Shown here piece by piece: positions 12,941 to 28,547 of a DNA stretch of 64,000 nucleotides; position 1 is the stretch's first letter, and the number at the start of each line of letters is the position of its first letter. Where the stretch lies: NCBI RefSeq assembly GCF_009914755.1, contig NC_060926.1. One strand, 5' to 3'. This DNA comes from the human T2T-CHM13v2.0 reference genome, Homo sapiens. Under the pieces are notes generated by a model, which had not been told where the DNA came from, searched no databases, and saw nothing but the letters and a program-made list of their open reading frames with translations. Both the position numbers and the translations under genes were made by a program.

Positions 12941-13231
12941 TTTTTTTTTTTTTGAGACAGAGTCACCCAGGCTGGAGTGCAGTGGGGCTATCTCAACTCA
13001 CTGCAACCTCTACCTCCCCGAGTTCAAGCGATTCTCCTGCCTCAGCCTCCCAAGTAGCTGGGAGGCTGGGAGGTACCCGCCACAACTCTTGGCTTTTTTT
13101 TGTTGTTGTTTTGTAGAGGCGGGATTTCACCATGTTGGCCAGGCTGGTCTCAAACTCCTGATCTCAGGTGACCCACTCACCTCAGCCTTCCAAAGTGCTG
13201 GGATTACATGCGTGAGCCACTGTTCCCAGCC
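12941..13231 (-). mobile_element. AluS inserted in Tigger1
   Basis: Dimeric Alu; TSD tatactgtattctatt at 12925-12940 and 13232-13247. Confidence 0.9.
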
Positions 13232-14936
13232 TATACTGTATTCTATTAAGTGTGCAATAGCGTTATGTCTAAAAAACAATGTATATACCTTAATTGCCTC
13301 AATTAAAGATACTTTATTGTTTACAAAATGCTAGTGATCATCTGAGCCTTCAGTGAGTTATAACCTTTCTGCTGGTGGAGGGTCTTGCTTTGAGGTTGAT
13401 GGCTGCTGACTGATCAGGGTGGTAGTTGCTGAAGGTTGGGGTGGCTGTGGCAGTTTCTTAAAATAAGACAACAATGAAGTTTGTGTGTTCCTTTCATGAC
13501 AGATTTCCTTGTAGCATGAGATGCCGTTTGATAGCATTTAATAAAGTTGTCAAAATTGGAGTCAGTCCTCTCAAAACCTGCTGCTACTTTATCAACTAAA
13601 TTTATATAATATTATAAGTCCTTTGTTGTCATTTCAACAATGTTTGGAGCATCTTCACTGGGAGTAGATTTCATTTCAAGACACCACTTTCTTTGCTCAT
13701 CCATACAAAGCAACTCTTCATCCGTTTAAATTTTATCATGAGATGGCAGCAATTCAGTCACATCTTCAGGCTCCACTTCTAATTATATTTCTCTTTCTGT
13801 AACATCTGCAGTTACTTTCTCCACTGAAGTCTTGAAGCCCTCAAAGTCATCCATAAGGGTTGGAATGAACTTCTTCCAAACTTCTATTAATGTTGGTATT
13901 TTGACCTCCTCACATAAATCATGTATGTCATTAATGACGTCTAGAATGGTGAGTCCTTTCCAGATGTTTACAATTTATTTTTCCCAGATCCATCTGAGGA
14001 ATCACTGTATATGACAACTCTGGGCTTATAGAATGTATTTCTTAAATGTAACACTTAAAAGTAGAAATTATTCCTTGATTCATGGGCTGCAGAATGGATA
14101 TTGTGTTAGCAAGCATGAAAACAATTTAAATCCTCTTGTACATCTCTGTCAGAGCTCTTGGCTGACCAGGTCCTAATTTTGAAAGAAATCCTTTTCTCTG
14201 ACCAGTAGGTCTCAACAGCAGGCTTAAAATATTCAGTAAACCATACTGTAAACAGATGTGCTGTCATCCAGGCTTGGTTATTTCATATACAGAGCACAGA
14301 AAGAGTAGATTTAGCATAATTCTTAAGGGCCCTTCAATTTTTGAATGGTTAATAAGCATTGGTTTTAGCTTAAAGTCACAAGCTGCATTAACTGCTTACA
14401 AGAGAGTCAGCCTGTCCTTTGATGCTTTGAAGCTAGGTATTGACTGCTCCTCTCTAGCTACGAAAGCCCTAGATGACCACTTCTTCTGATATAAGGCTGC
14501 TCAGTCTACGTTGAAAATATATTGTTTGGTGTAGCCGCTGTCTTCAATGATCTTAGCTAGATCCTGTGGTAACTTACTGCAGCTTCTCCATCTGCACTTA
14601 CTGCTTCTCCTTGCGCTTTTATGTTATGGAGATGGTGTCTTTCCTTGACCCTAATAAACCAAGCTCTGCTACCTTCAAACTTTTCTTCTGCAGCTTCTTC
14701 GTCCTCACCTCTATCAGCTTTCACAGAATTGAAGAAAGTTAGGGTCTTGCTCTGGATTAGACTTTGCCTTAGGGAATGTTGTTTCTGGTTTGATTTTTCT
14801 ATTCATAGTACTAAAACTATATCCATTTCAGCAATAAAGCTGTTTCACTTTTTTTGTCATTCATGTGTTCACTGGAGTAACACTTTCAATTTCCTTCAAG
14901 AACTTTCCTTTGCATTCACAACTTGGCTATCTGATG

Positions 14937-15056
14937 CAAGAGGCTTAGCTTTTGGCCTGTCTCAGTTTTCTACAAGCCTCCCTCATTAAGCTTAACCAAG
15001 AGGCTTAGCTTTTGGCCTATCTCAGTTTTCTACAAGCCTCCCTCATTAAGCTTAAT
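14937..15056. repeat. 60 bp tandem duplication (2 copies) inside Tigger1
   Basis: caagaggcttagcttttggcct(g/a)tctcagttttctacaagcctccctcattaagcttaa repeated with period 60. Confidence 0.95.
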
Positions 15057-15189
15057 CATTTCTAGTTTTTGACTTAAAGTGAGAGACATGCAACTCTTCC
15101 TTTTACTTGAACAATTAAGAAGACATTGTAGAGTTATTAATTGGCCTAATTTTAATATTGTTATGTCTCAGGGAATAGAGGCCCAAAGG

Positions 15190-15199
15190 GGAGAGAGAC

Positions 15200-15262
<63 letters not shown>
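15190..15262. repeat. (GA)n microsatellite
   Basis: Direct reading. Confidence 0.95.
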
Positions 15263-15268
<6 letters not shown>

Positions 15269-15714
15269 AAGACCAAAGGAATGGCCAGTCAGTGCAGCAG
15301 TCAGAACACACACATTTATCAATTTAAGTTCACCATCTCATATAGGCATGGTTTGTGGCGATCCAAAACAATTACAACAGTAACATCAAAGATCACTGAT
15401 CACAGATCACCATAAGAGGTATAATAATAGTGATAAGAATTTAAAACATTGTGAGAATTATCAAATTATGACATGGAGATATAAAGAGAGCAAATGCTGT
15501 TGAAAAAATGACAACAATCAACTTGCTTGATGCAGGGTTGCACAGACTTTCAATTTGTAAAAAATGAAATATCTGCAAAACACAATAAATTGAGGCACAA
15601 TAAAACAAGGTAGGTTTGTACTTTCCTGTTTTTGCAGAACAGTTTATCACTTTGAGACTGACCCATTTGGCATTGAAGACAATTTCCTTGAGTTTGTTCT
15701 GAAGCCCAAATCTA

Positions 15715-16385
15715 CCTCAGAGATTTTCTTACCCTAACAACTTTAACACCTCTTTTTTTCATAAAAATAGTTTGTAATGCCTCCTTCACCACCTTAAAAT
15801 AAATGTCGTAGGTAATAAAATCTACCTAGTCATATTCATTAAAAATTAGTATAATGTCTTATCTATAATAAACAAAAAAAGAGGTAAGTAATTAATAATA
15901 AATGAGTATGTATTTCAAAATGCAAATGCTTGGGCAGGGCAATATTAGAAGACATAATGAAGTTGTCAAGTGCTTACACTTTCATAAAGAATCACACTGA
16001 ATGTAAAATCCTCCCTGTATTTGCTATTGGGAACTCAAATACCCAAGTGACATCATTTTTATTTATATGATTTTCTAAAATGATGAAGGACTGCTGGTGA
16101 TGTTCCAGAAAAAGCAAAACGCATTCTACCCTCAATTTCCCTAGTAATTATGCTCCTGGAAATTCAGTGTATACAACAAAATGGTGCAGAAATACCTGTG
16201 TCTCTATGTAAAACAGGCTTTTGTTCTAGGCTCAGATAATTGTAAGCAATATTTCACCCTCATTAATGGTAGGATTATTCATTATGTGGGCCACCACCCT
16301 TTATCTCTCTGCCTGCTAACTGCCAGTAGCATAAAAAATCCCCACAGAGGTTTTCAGAATTCACCCCATTAAGAATAACTGGCAT
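15715..16385. mobile_element. MER20B-like hAT-Charlie element
   Basis: ttgttctaggctcagataattgtaa and MER20-like end aactgccagtagca...caccccattaagaataactg. Confidence 0.45.
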
Positions 16386-18049
16386 TTATTTATTTTTTAA
16401 AAAGGAGACCACACTATCAGCATGAAAGAGAAGCAGCAGAGAGAGAGAGGGCAAGAAACTAACATTTATTAGATGCCAGGGAGCAGTTCACAAACTTAGA
16501 GCTTGAATGAGATTTTGTCCTCAGAAACAATTTTTAAAAATAGAATTTGATTGCCAATCCAAAACACAATTTTCATCATTTCTATTGCTTTATATCTACT
16601 GTGCTTTACTTATTTGTGTTACCTTCCAGTTTTCTAAAGATATGTAAATTGTTTTTGTTCGAGTAGCTGAATGTCCATCGATTTGTTTAATCCTTACAAC
16701 TACCCATCCACGGGAAAATTCTATGCTCTACATTTTACAAATAAAGACATGGAGCCTCTAAAAGATGAAGTAATTTGTCCAACATTACACAAACTTGTAA
16801 GTGATAGAGTCAAGATTCAAAACAATATTTACTTGAGTTAAAACAAAAAAACCCTACGCTGTTTCCACAACACGTTCACCATGTATACATTGCACATCTG
16901 GCTGTGAAGCTGCAGCTCTTAGGAGCTGATCTGGGACAGGTGCCATGTGAGTCTTGAAAAAGTCTTGATTTCTGACATTGATATCTGGAATGAGCAGATG
17001 GTGTTCTCTGGACGGGTGACACCAGGACCACAAGTTCTGACTGTTCCAAGGGATACCAGAAAACATTGAACTCGTGTTGCAAGCCTTTCCCGCTGAGTTT
17101 ATTCACTCTTGTTTAAGCAGCCCAACAGCATCTATAAAGATTTTTCTCCACAGTGTGCTCCTGTAAATAAGTAGTTTATCAAAGAAAACCTTTCAACAAA
17201 TAGCATGAAGACATGCCATATTGACAACCTCTCACTGACTGCCTATTCCTTCCAGGGATCCTGGTGAGGCAAATTCACCTCCCATTCAACAACTGCATTT
17301 GCTGCAGGTCTGGTGGCTGAAGAGGTTTTGGATGAGTTTGAATTTGCAATTTATTTGAACAATCCTGGTCTTCTGATTCCATCCTAAGGAATAACTTCTT
17401 GGAATTCAATAATGTATTGCAGAACATGATAAACAACTCATTTCCCTGGGATTTCCTGTAATAATCTTTGGGATATAAATCTCACATGCATGAGAAGGCA
17501 AGGTTATAGGATGAACTGGACAGTATTTATTTATCCTGGCATTTTGGGTAGTAATAGCTATAAAATTCATTTATTGAGCACCTAAGCAACATGAAGTGCT
17601 ACAAGGATACCAGAGTGGCCATGTGTGCACTTTGTGTCCCTCCATCTCTGGCGATTGCTGGCTGGACCAGTGATGGAAACCTTACCCAATTTGAATTTAC
17701 TATCAGAATTTGGAATTGTGACTGTGAATGGATAATGACTACTAATTCTTGAAAGACATTTTGTGGTGTGTGGGAGAAAGGGCATCTTCACCCACCTGCA
17801 GGGTCCGGGATAGGAAAGAATGAAGTCCAGGAGCAGAAACGGGCAGAAGTGGGAGCCCGTGCAGCTCCAGAGAAGGAACTGCCTGAAGCACTGTCTTGGT
17901 TCCTGAAAGTACTTTGGTACTGCATACACAGGCCTTGGGGTTACGTGAAGTGACTGATCATTAAAATAAATTCCCTTTTTCTGTCTAAGAAAGTCTGACT
18001 AATTTTTTACTATGTTCAAGAAAACAATTCATGATGAAAACAGCTAGAT

Positions 18050-18205
18050 TCTTTATATACTTCATCTTGTTTAGTCTTTACAACAACCCTTTGAGGTAGA
18101 TATTATTATTTCTGTTTTCTAGATGAACAAAAAGAGATTCAGAGCTATTAAAAACTTCCCTAAGGTCAAAAAGCTAGCAAATGGGCAGCCAAAAAGTTGA
18201 ACCCA
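18050..18205 (-). mobile_element. MIR SINE fragment
   Basis: acaacaaccctttgaggtagatattattatttctgttttctagatgaac...cctaaggtca. Confidence 0.7.
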
Positions 18206-18387
18206 TAAAAATTCTTTGCTGCATCTTTACTCTTGTTAAAAAAATCTCCTTAAGCTTGTGTTATACTTTATAATTTCCAAGACATATGTTTTGTTGTTGA
18301 TTTCTTACAATGACCTAAAGAAAATGATATGTTTAGACAAGGAAATTGAGGTATGGAAAAGCTAGATAAGCAGTTGAATTTGAACAT

Positions 18388-18418
18388 ATGTATGTGTGTG
18401 TGTGTGTGCGTGTGTGTA
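18388..18418. repeat. (TG)n microsatellite
   Basis: Direct reading. Confidence 0.9.
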
Positions 18419-18663
18419 TTATATTTCAATAAGCTCTTTGCTTTTGAAGAATTATACTCTCTAAACCTCCTTCAACATTACTGAAATAAGAACTCAGTTG
18501 ATTGACTGGTAGAAGGGAATGAGAAGTTCTTATTATGGAATAGTCTAGTCTTTACTACTCTCTTGTCCAAAACATATATCACCAACATTTACAGAATAAA
18601 ATCAATATGATTAGTATTTCATACATATAAAGAAATATGTAAATAAGGCCTGTAATTACATGT

Positions 18664-18892
18664 TGCATTAGTCAGCTAGGGCTGCTATTAAAAAAATAAC
18701 AAAATGAGTGGCTTAAACAGCAGAAATTAATTTTCTCATAGTTCTGCAGGCTAGGAAGTTCAATATGAAGGTGCCACTTATTGGATTTCTGCTGAAGGTT
18801 CTCCTCCTGGCTTGCAGGAGGAAATATCATGTGATGTTAGGGGGTTAGGGCTTCAGTATACCAACTTGGGTGGGATACATTCAGTCCATAAC
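18664..18892 (-). mobile_element. MLT1A-like MaLR LTR, internally deleted
   Basis: cattagtcagctagggctgcta...gtggcttaaacagcagaaattaattttctcatagttctg...cattcagtccataaca. Confidence 0.7.
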
Positions 18893-18964
18893 ACTTGTTT
18901 ACAAAGGTTCTAGCAGAGTTGTGACACAGATGGGCAGATTTCCTTGTCATCTCTCTTTCAAGGC

Positions 18965-18967
<3 letters not shown>

Positions 18968-19001
<34 letters not shown>
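18968..19001. repeat. (CT)n microsatellite
   Basis: Direct reading. Confidence 0.95.
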
Positions 19002-19006
<5 letters not shown>

Positions 19007-19327
19007 GTGAAAGGAGGACATCTCAGGTCCTTAGATTCCACTTCAAATTTGGGAAACCTTAGTTTCCAGTTTCCTTCGTGGCCCACCATTAATTCCAAAT
19101 TGCTGGATTATTGATAAAGACATTGGATTGTTAATCACCCTGACTTTATTTACCTCCCTTGTATTGTTGTTTGTTTTTGTGTTTGTTTGTTTTTGCCACT
19201 GGGAATTTCCTTAGCTCCCTGTTTGTGATCTCAGCAATGTTTTTAACTTTCTGTGTAGTAATTTATCCAACATCCAGCTCTTTTGGAGTGGTACATTTTT
19301 TTTTCCCCAGAGCATTGAGTCTCTCTT

Positions 19328-19705
19328 CTTTTTTTAAAAAAATTTATTCTGGTAAAGTACACAGATGATATTTACCATCTTAACCATTTTCAAGTGCACA
19401 GTTCAGTGGTATTAAGTACATTCATGTTGTTGTGCAGCCTTCAGTCCCCGTTTATCTCTATAACTCTTTTCATCTTGTAAAACTGAAACTCCGTACACAT
19501 TAAACAGTAACTCTCCATTCCCTTCTCGCTCCAGCCCTTGACAACTCCATTCTCCTTTCTGTCTCTATGAGTATGACTCCTCTGAGTACCTCATATAAGT
19601 TGGGTCATACGGTATTTGTCTTCTTGTGAATGGCTTATTTCACTTAGCATAATGTCTTCAAGGTTCATACTTGTCATAGCATATGTCAAAATTTCTTTCT
19701 ATTTT
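19328..19705 (-). mobile_element. L1MB-type 3' end
   Basis: tttaccatcttaaccattttcaagtgcacagttcagtggtattaagtacattca...ggcttatttcacttagcataatgtcttcaagg. Confidence 0.8.
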
Positions 19706-20067
19706 CAGGTTTTAAGGCTGACTGATAAGGGGGATCTTCTGTCATTTTGCTATTTGTTTTCTACATGTCTTATAATTATTTTTCTTCCTCATTTCTTGCA
19801 TTACTTCTTTTGTGTTGATTTTTTGTAGTGAAACATTTTAGCTCCTATCTCATTGCCCTTTGTGCATAGTCTGTAGTTTTTCTTTTGTGGGTATTATGAG
19901 AATTACATTTAACATCTTAAAGTTATAACACTCTAATTTGAATTTATACCTGTTTAACTTCAATAACATACAGAAACTTTGTTATTTTACTTCTCTATCC
20001 TTACTCTTTTTAGTTTCTGTCCAAAAATTACAATGTCTAATTGTTTGTTCAAAGACATAAACTAATA

Positions 20068-20287
20068 CAAATTTAGCATTCCAAATCTGAAAATTCAAAA
20101 TCTAAAACACTCAAAACTTTGAAATTTTTTGAGTGATGACATGATGTGCAAAGGAAATGCTCATTGGAGCATTGTGGATATCAAATTTTTAGATTTGAGA
20201 ACTGGTAAGTATAAAGCAAATATTCCAAAACCTGAGATCTGAAACACTTTTAGTTTCAAGCATTTCAGATAAGGAATAATCAACCTG
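20068..20287 (+). mobile_element. Tigger4a/MER46A MITE
   Basis: TA-flanked; caaaggaaatgctcattggagcatt...caagcatttcagataaggaataatcaacctg. Confidence 0.85.
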
Positions 20288-20306
20288 TAATTTTTAAAAA
20301 TGCACT

Positions 20307-20610
<304 letters not shown>

Positions 20611-21326
20611 TTAAATTATGTAGAAAACAAAATGTGGAGTTACAATATTACTAGCTTGTAGAGTAATAACTGCTTTATAAATTTTTTAATGTTTAAATTT
20701 TTATATTTTAATAATTGCTTTGAAAATGTATTAGTGTCTTATGTAGAAAATAAAAAGGCGGAGTTATGAATCATTATTACAATAATACTGGATTTTATAA
20801 TTACTCATTTATTTACCTTTACTGATATCTTTATTTCCTTATATTGCTTCAAGTTATTGTCTAGTGTCCTTTTATTTCAACCTAAAGGACTCCCTTTAAC
20901 ACTTATTTCAGGCCAGATCTAGAGGTGAGGTGATGAACCCCCTTAGCTTTTGTTTATCCGGGGATATCTTCATTTCTTCCTCACTTTTGAAGGGCAGTTT
21001 TGCTAGATATAGAATTCTTGGTTGACAGGTTTTTCTTTTTTTTCTTTTACCACTTTGAATATCTCAGCCCACTACCTTCTGGCCTTCAAGGTTTCTGATG
21101 TGAAATCTCCTGATAATCTTATTGATCGTCCCCTGTATGTGACAAATTGCTTCTCTTTTGCTGCTTTCAAGATTCTCTTTGTCTTTCACTTTTGACAATT
21201 TGATAATAATGTATCTAGATCTGGGTGTCTTGGAGTTAATCCTACTCCAAGATTTCATTCCATTGAGCATCTTGGATATTTATATTCATGTGTTTCATCA
21301 AAAGTGGGAAGTTTTTGGCCATTATA

Positions 21327-21372
21327 TCTTTACATACTCACTTTATTTCTCTTTACATACTCACTTTATTTC
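21327..21372. repeat. 23 bp tandem duplication
   Basis: tctttacatactcactttatttc x2. Confidence 0.9.
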
Positions 21373-22224
21373 TCTTTTCTCTTTCTAGAATTTTTATCAC
21401 ACGTATGTTAGTCCTCTTGATGGTGTCTCGTGACTCCTTTCTCTTCAATCTTTTTTTTTCTTTCTGTTCCTCAGAGTTAATAACTCCTATTGTCCTATCT
21501 TCAAGTTCATTGATTCTTTCTTTTGCATCCTCATATCTACCTTTGGATCACTCTAGTGAATTTTTCATTTCAGTTATTATAATTTTCTGTCCCAGAATTT
21601 CTTTTGAATTATTTTAAAGTTTTCTATATTGATATTCCCATTTTGTTTATACATTTTTGTCACATTTTCCATTTTTTTTTTGTTATTTGAATGTCTTTAA
21701 GATTGTTGTTTTAAAGTTTTTGTGTAATAAATCTGCCATTGAATCTTTTTCAGGGACTGTTTCTGTTTATTTTTCAAAAAAATCTTGAGTAGATATTACT
21801 ATTCTGTTTTTATGTCCATTGCTTTGTTGAAAACTGGACATTTACACCTTATAATGTGGTAACTCTGGAAATTAGATTCTTCCTCTTCCTCAGGGTTTTC
21901 TGTTGTTTTTGTTTGTTTGTTTTTATTGTTATCTGCTATCTCTATGCCAAGAAACATACAGATATAAACATAAAGTTTTCTTGGTCTTTTCTGAAGCTAT
22001 ACCTTTCCCTAAGCATGCATGGTGACTTTCTAATTCCCCTTGTGTATGTGGCTGCTTTAAAAAATCCTAGTCTTTAATATCTGCCTCCCAAAAGAAGAAA
22101 AAAGAAAAATAAGGAGGTGGTTCCAAGATGGCCGAATAGGAACAGCTCCAGTCTACAGCTCTCAGTGTGAGTGATGCAGAAGATGGGTGATTTCTGCATT
22201 TCCAACTTAGGTACTGGGTTCATC

Positions 22225-22551
22225 TCACTGGGGCTTGTCGGACAGTGGGTGCAGTCCACTGAGCGTGAGCCGAAGCAGGGCGAGACACTGCTTCACCTGG
22301 GAAGTGCAAGGGGTCAGGGAATCCCCTTTCCTAGCCAAGGGAAGGGGTGAGAGATGGCACCTGGAAAATTGGGTCACTCCCACCCTAATACTGCGCTTTT
22401 CCAACGTTCTTAGCAAATGGCATACCAGGAGATTATATCCCATGCCTGGCTCAGAGGGTCCCACGCGCACAGAGCCTTGCTCATTGCTAGCACAGCAGTC
22501 TGAGATCGGACTGCAAGGTGGCAGAGAGGCTGGGGGAGGGGCGCCCGCCAT
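22225..22551 (-). CDS. ORF0: LINE-1 antisense ORF0, open, 108 aa (C-terminally extended)
   Basis: MAGAPPPASLPPCSPISDCCASN...VGPSEPGMGYNLLV...RVGVTQFSRC matches primate L1 ORF0p; good Kozak context gcaATGg. Expression is not shown. Confidence 0.7.
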   Translation of the reverse strand: MAGAPPPASLPPCSPISDCCASNEQGSVRVGPSEPGMGYNLLVCHLLRTLEKRSIRVGVTQFSRCHLSPLPLARKGDSLTPCTSQVKQCLALLRLTLSGLHPLSDKPQ

Positions 22552-23127
22552 TGCTGAGGCTTGAGTAGGTAAACAAAGCAGTCAGGAAGCTCAAACTGGG
22601 TGGAGCCCACTGCAGCTCAAGGAGGCCTGCCTGCCTCTGTAGACTCCACCTCTTGGGGCAGGGCATAGCCAAACAAAAGGCAGCAGAAACCTCTGCAGAC
22701 TTAAATGTCCCTGTCTGACAGCTTTGAAGACAGTAGTGGTTCTCCCAGCATGGTGTTTGAGATCTGAGAACGGACAGACTGCCTCCTCAAGTGGGTCTCT
22801 GACCCCTGAGTACCCTAAATGAGAGGCACCCCCCAGTAGGGGTAGACTGACACCTCACATGGCCGGGTACCCCTCTGAGATGAAGCTTCCAGAGGAACTA
22901 TCAGGCAGCAACATTTGCTGTTCAGCAGTATTCACTGTTCTGCAGCCTCTGCTGCTGATACCCAGGCAAACAGGGTCTGGAGTGGACCTCCGGCAAACTC
23001 CAACAGACCTGCAGCTGAGGGTCCTGACTGTTAGAAGGAAAAATAACAAACAGAAAAGGACATCTACACCAAAACCCCATCTGTACGTCACCATCATCAA
23101 AGACCAAAGGTAGGTAAAACCAAAAAG

Positions 23128-24143
23128 ATGGGGAAAAAACAGAGCAGAAAAGTTGAAAATTCTAAAAATCAGAGCACCTCTCCGCCTCCAAAGGAACACA
23201 GCTCCTCACCAGCAACAGAACAAAGCTGGATGGAGAATGACTTTGACAAGTTGAGAGAAGAAGGCTTCAGATGACAAACTTCTCTGAGCTAAAGGAGGAA
23301 GTCCAAACCCATCACAAAGAAGCTAAAAACCTTGAAAAAAGATTAGACGAATGGCTAACTAGAATAACCAGTGTAGAGAAGTCCTTAAAGGACCTGATGG
23401 AGCTGAAAACCATGGCATGAGAACTACGTGACAAATGCACAAGCTTCAGTAGCCGATTTGATCAACTGGAAGAAAGGGTGTCAGTGATTGAAGATCAAAT
23501 GAATGAAATGAAGTGAGAAGAGAAGTTTAGAGAAAAAAGAGTAAAAAGAAACAAATGAAGCCTCCAAGAAATATGGGACTATAGGGAAAGACCAAATCTA
23601 CGTCTGATTGGCATACCTGAAAGTGACAGGGAGAATGGAACCAAGGTGGAATACACTCTTCAGGATATTATCCAGGAGAACTTCCCCAACCTAGCAAGGC
23701 AGGCCAACATTCAAATTCATGAAATACAGAGAATGCCACAAAGATACTCCTCGAGAAGAGCAACTCCCAGACACATAATTGTCAGATTCACCAAAGTTGA
23801 AATGAAGCAAAAAATGTTAAGGGCAGCCAGAGAGAAAGGTTGGGTTACCCACAAAGAGAAGCCCGTCAGACTAACAGCTGATCTCTCGGCAGAAACTCTA
23901 CAAGCCAGAAGAGAGTGGGGGCCAATATTCAACATTCTTCAAGAAAAGAATTTTCAACCCAGAATTTCATATCCAGCCAAACTAAGCTTCACAAGTGAAG
24001 GAGAAATAAAATCATTTACAGACAAGCAAATGTGGAGAGATTTTGTCACCACCAGGCCTGCCCTAAAAGAGCTCTTGAAGGAAGCACTAAACATGGAAAG
24101 GAACAACTGATACCAGCCAAGGCAAAAACATGCCAAATTGTAA
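23128..24143 (+). pseudogene. L1 ORF1p (RNA-binding trimer), disrupted
   Basis: ATG gggaaaaaacagagc at 23128; ORF fragment 23646-24110 (TLQDIIQENFPNLARQ...YPAKLSF...); several TGA stops and indels. Confidence 0.9.
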
Positions 24144-24206
24144 AGACCGTCAATGCTAGGAAGAAACTGCATCAACTAATGAGCAAAATAACCAGCTAAC
24201 ATCATA

Positions 24207-28006
<3,800 letters not shown>

Positions 28007-28249
28007 ACAATGAGAACACTTGGACACAGGAAGGGGAACATCACACACTGGGGCCTGTTGTAGGGTGGGGGGAGGGGGGAGGGAAAGCATTAGGAGATAT
28101 ACCTAATGTAAATGATGAGTTACTGGGTTCAGCACACCAACGTGGCACATGTATACATATGTAACAAACCTGCACGTTGTGAACCTGTACCCTAGAACTT
28201 AAAGTATAATAAAAAAAGTAAAAAATAAATAAATATAAAAAGAAAAAAA

Positions 28250-28350
28250 GGTTTGATGTTTATTAATAATTCAATGAAGGCATTTCTGTAATAACCTTAG
28301 ACAGCATTACCCAAGTAAATATTTTTGCAATAAAACTGAGTAACTTAAAA
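28250..28350 (+). other. Probable L1 3'-transduced segment with its own AATAAA and second poly(A)
   Basis: Non-L1 sequence between the L1 A-tail and a second A run; AATAAA at 28329-28334, 12 nt before the A run; TSD follows. Confidence 0.7.
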
Positions 28351-28547
28351 AAAAAAGAAAAATGAAAAGGGAAAAAAATGGATGCTGGACCTTTACATTT
28401 TCTGGAATTCATTTCAGCTAGAGGAAAGGGCCCTGCAATAGTTAAGTGAGGTGCAATAAGTAGTGCCTACCTCTTTGCCCCTCTGTGATCAGAAGCAGCA
28501 ATCAGCAGTCAGAGCACAGATCTGCAGTATTTGGAGAACAGTATCCT

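Larger units (their letters stand above)
12804..15618 (-). mobile_element. Full-length Tigger1 (TcMar-Tigger) DNA transposon with decayed pogo/CENP-B-like transposase
   Basis: Both termini present (tacctcagagacgttgaaggttcagctccagaccac; caataaaacaaggtaggtttg) with flanking TA; internal transposase sequence with stops; ~2.4 kb after subtracting the Alu and the duplication. Confidence 0.92.

Noticed and set aside
12804-15618. Domesticated Tigger transposase gene (TIGD1-like)
   Set aside because: No long minus-strand ORF; in-frame stops already occur in the HTH region.
17240-17312. Possible small exon (ctgac branch point, pyrimidine tract, ccag acceptor; downstream GT donors)
   Set aside because: Isolated splice-like signals are common; no coding frame or partner exons can be supported without transcript data. 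The same applies to acceptors near 3774 and 38472.
28063-28083. G-quadruplex-like G-tract
   Set aside because: Standard L1 3'UTR polypurine tract (also 36407-36433); real but not specific to this locus.
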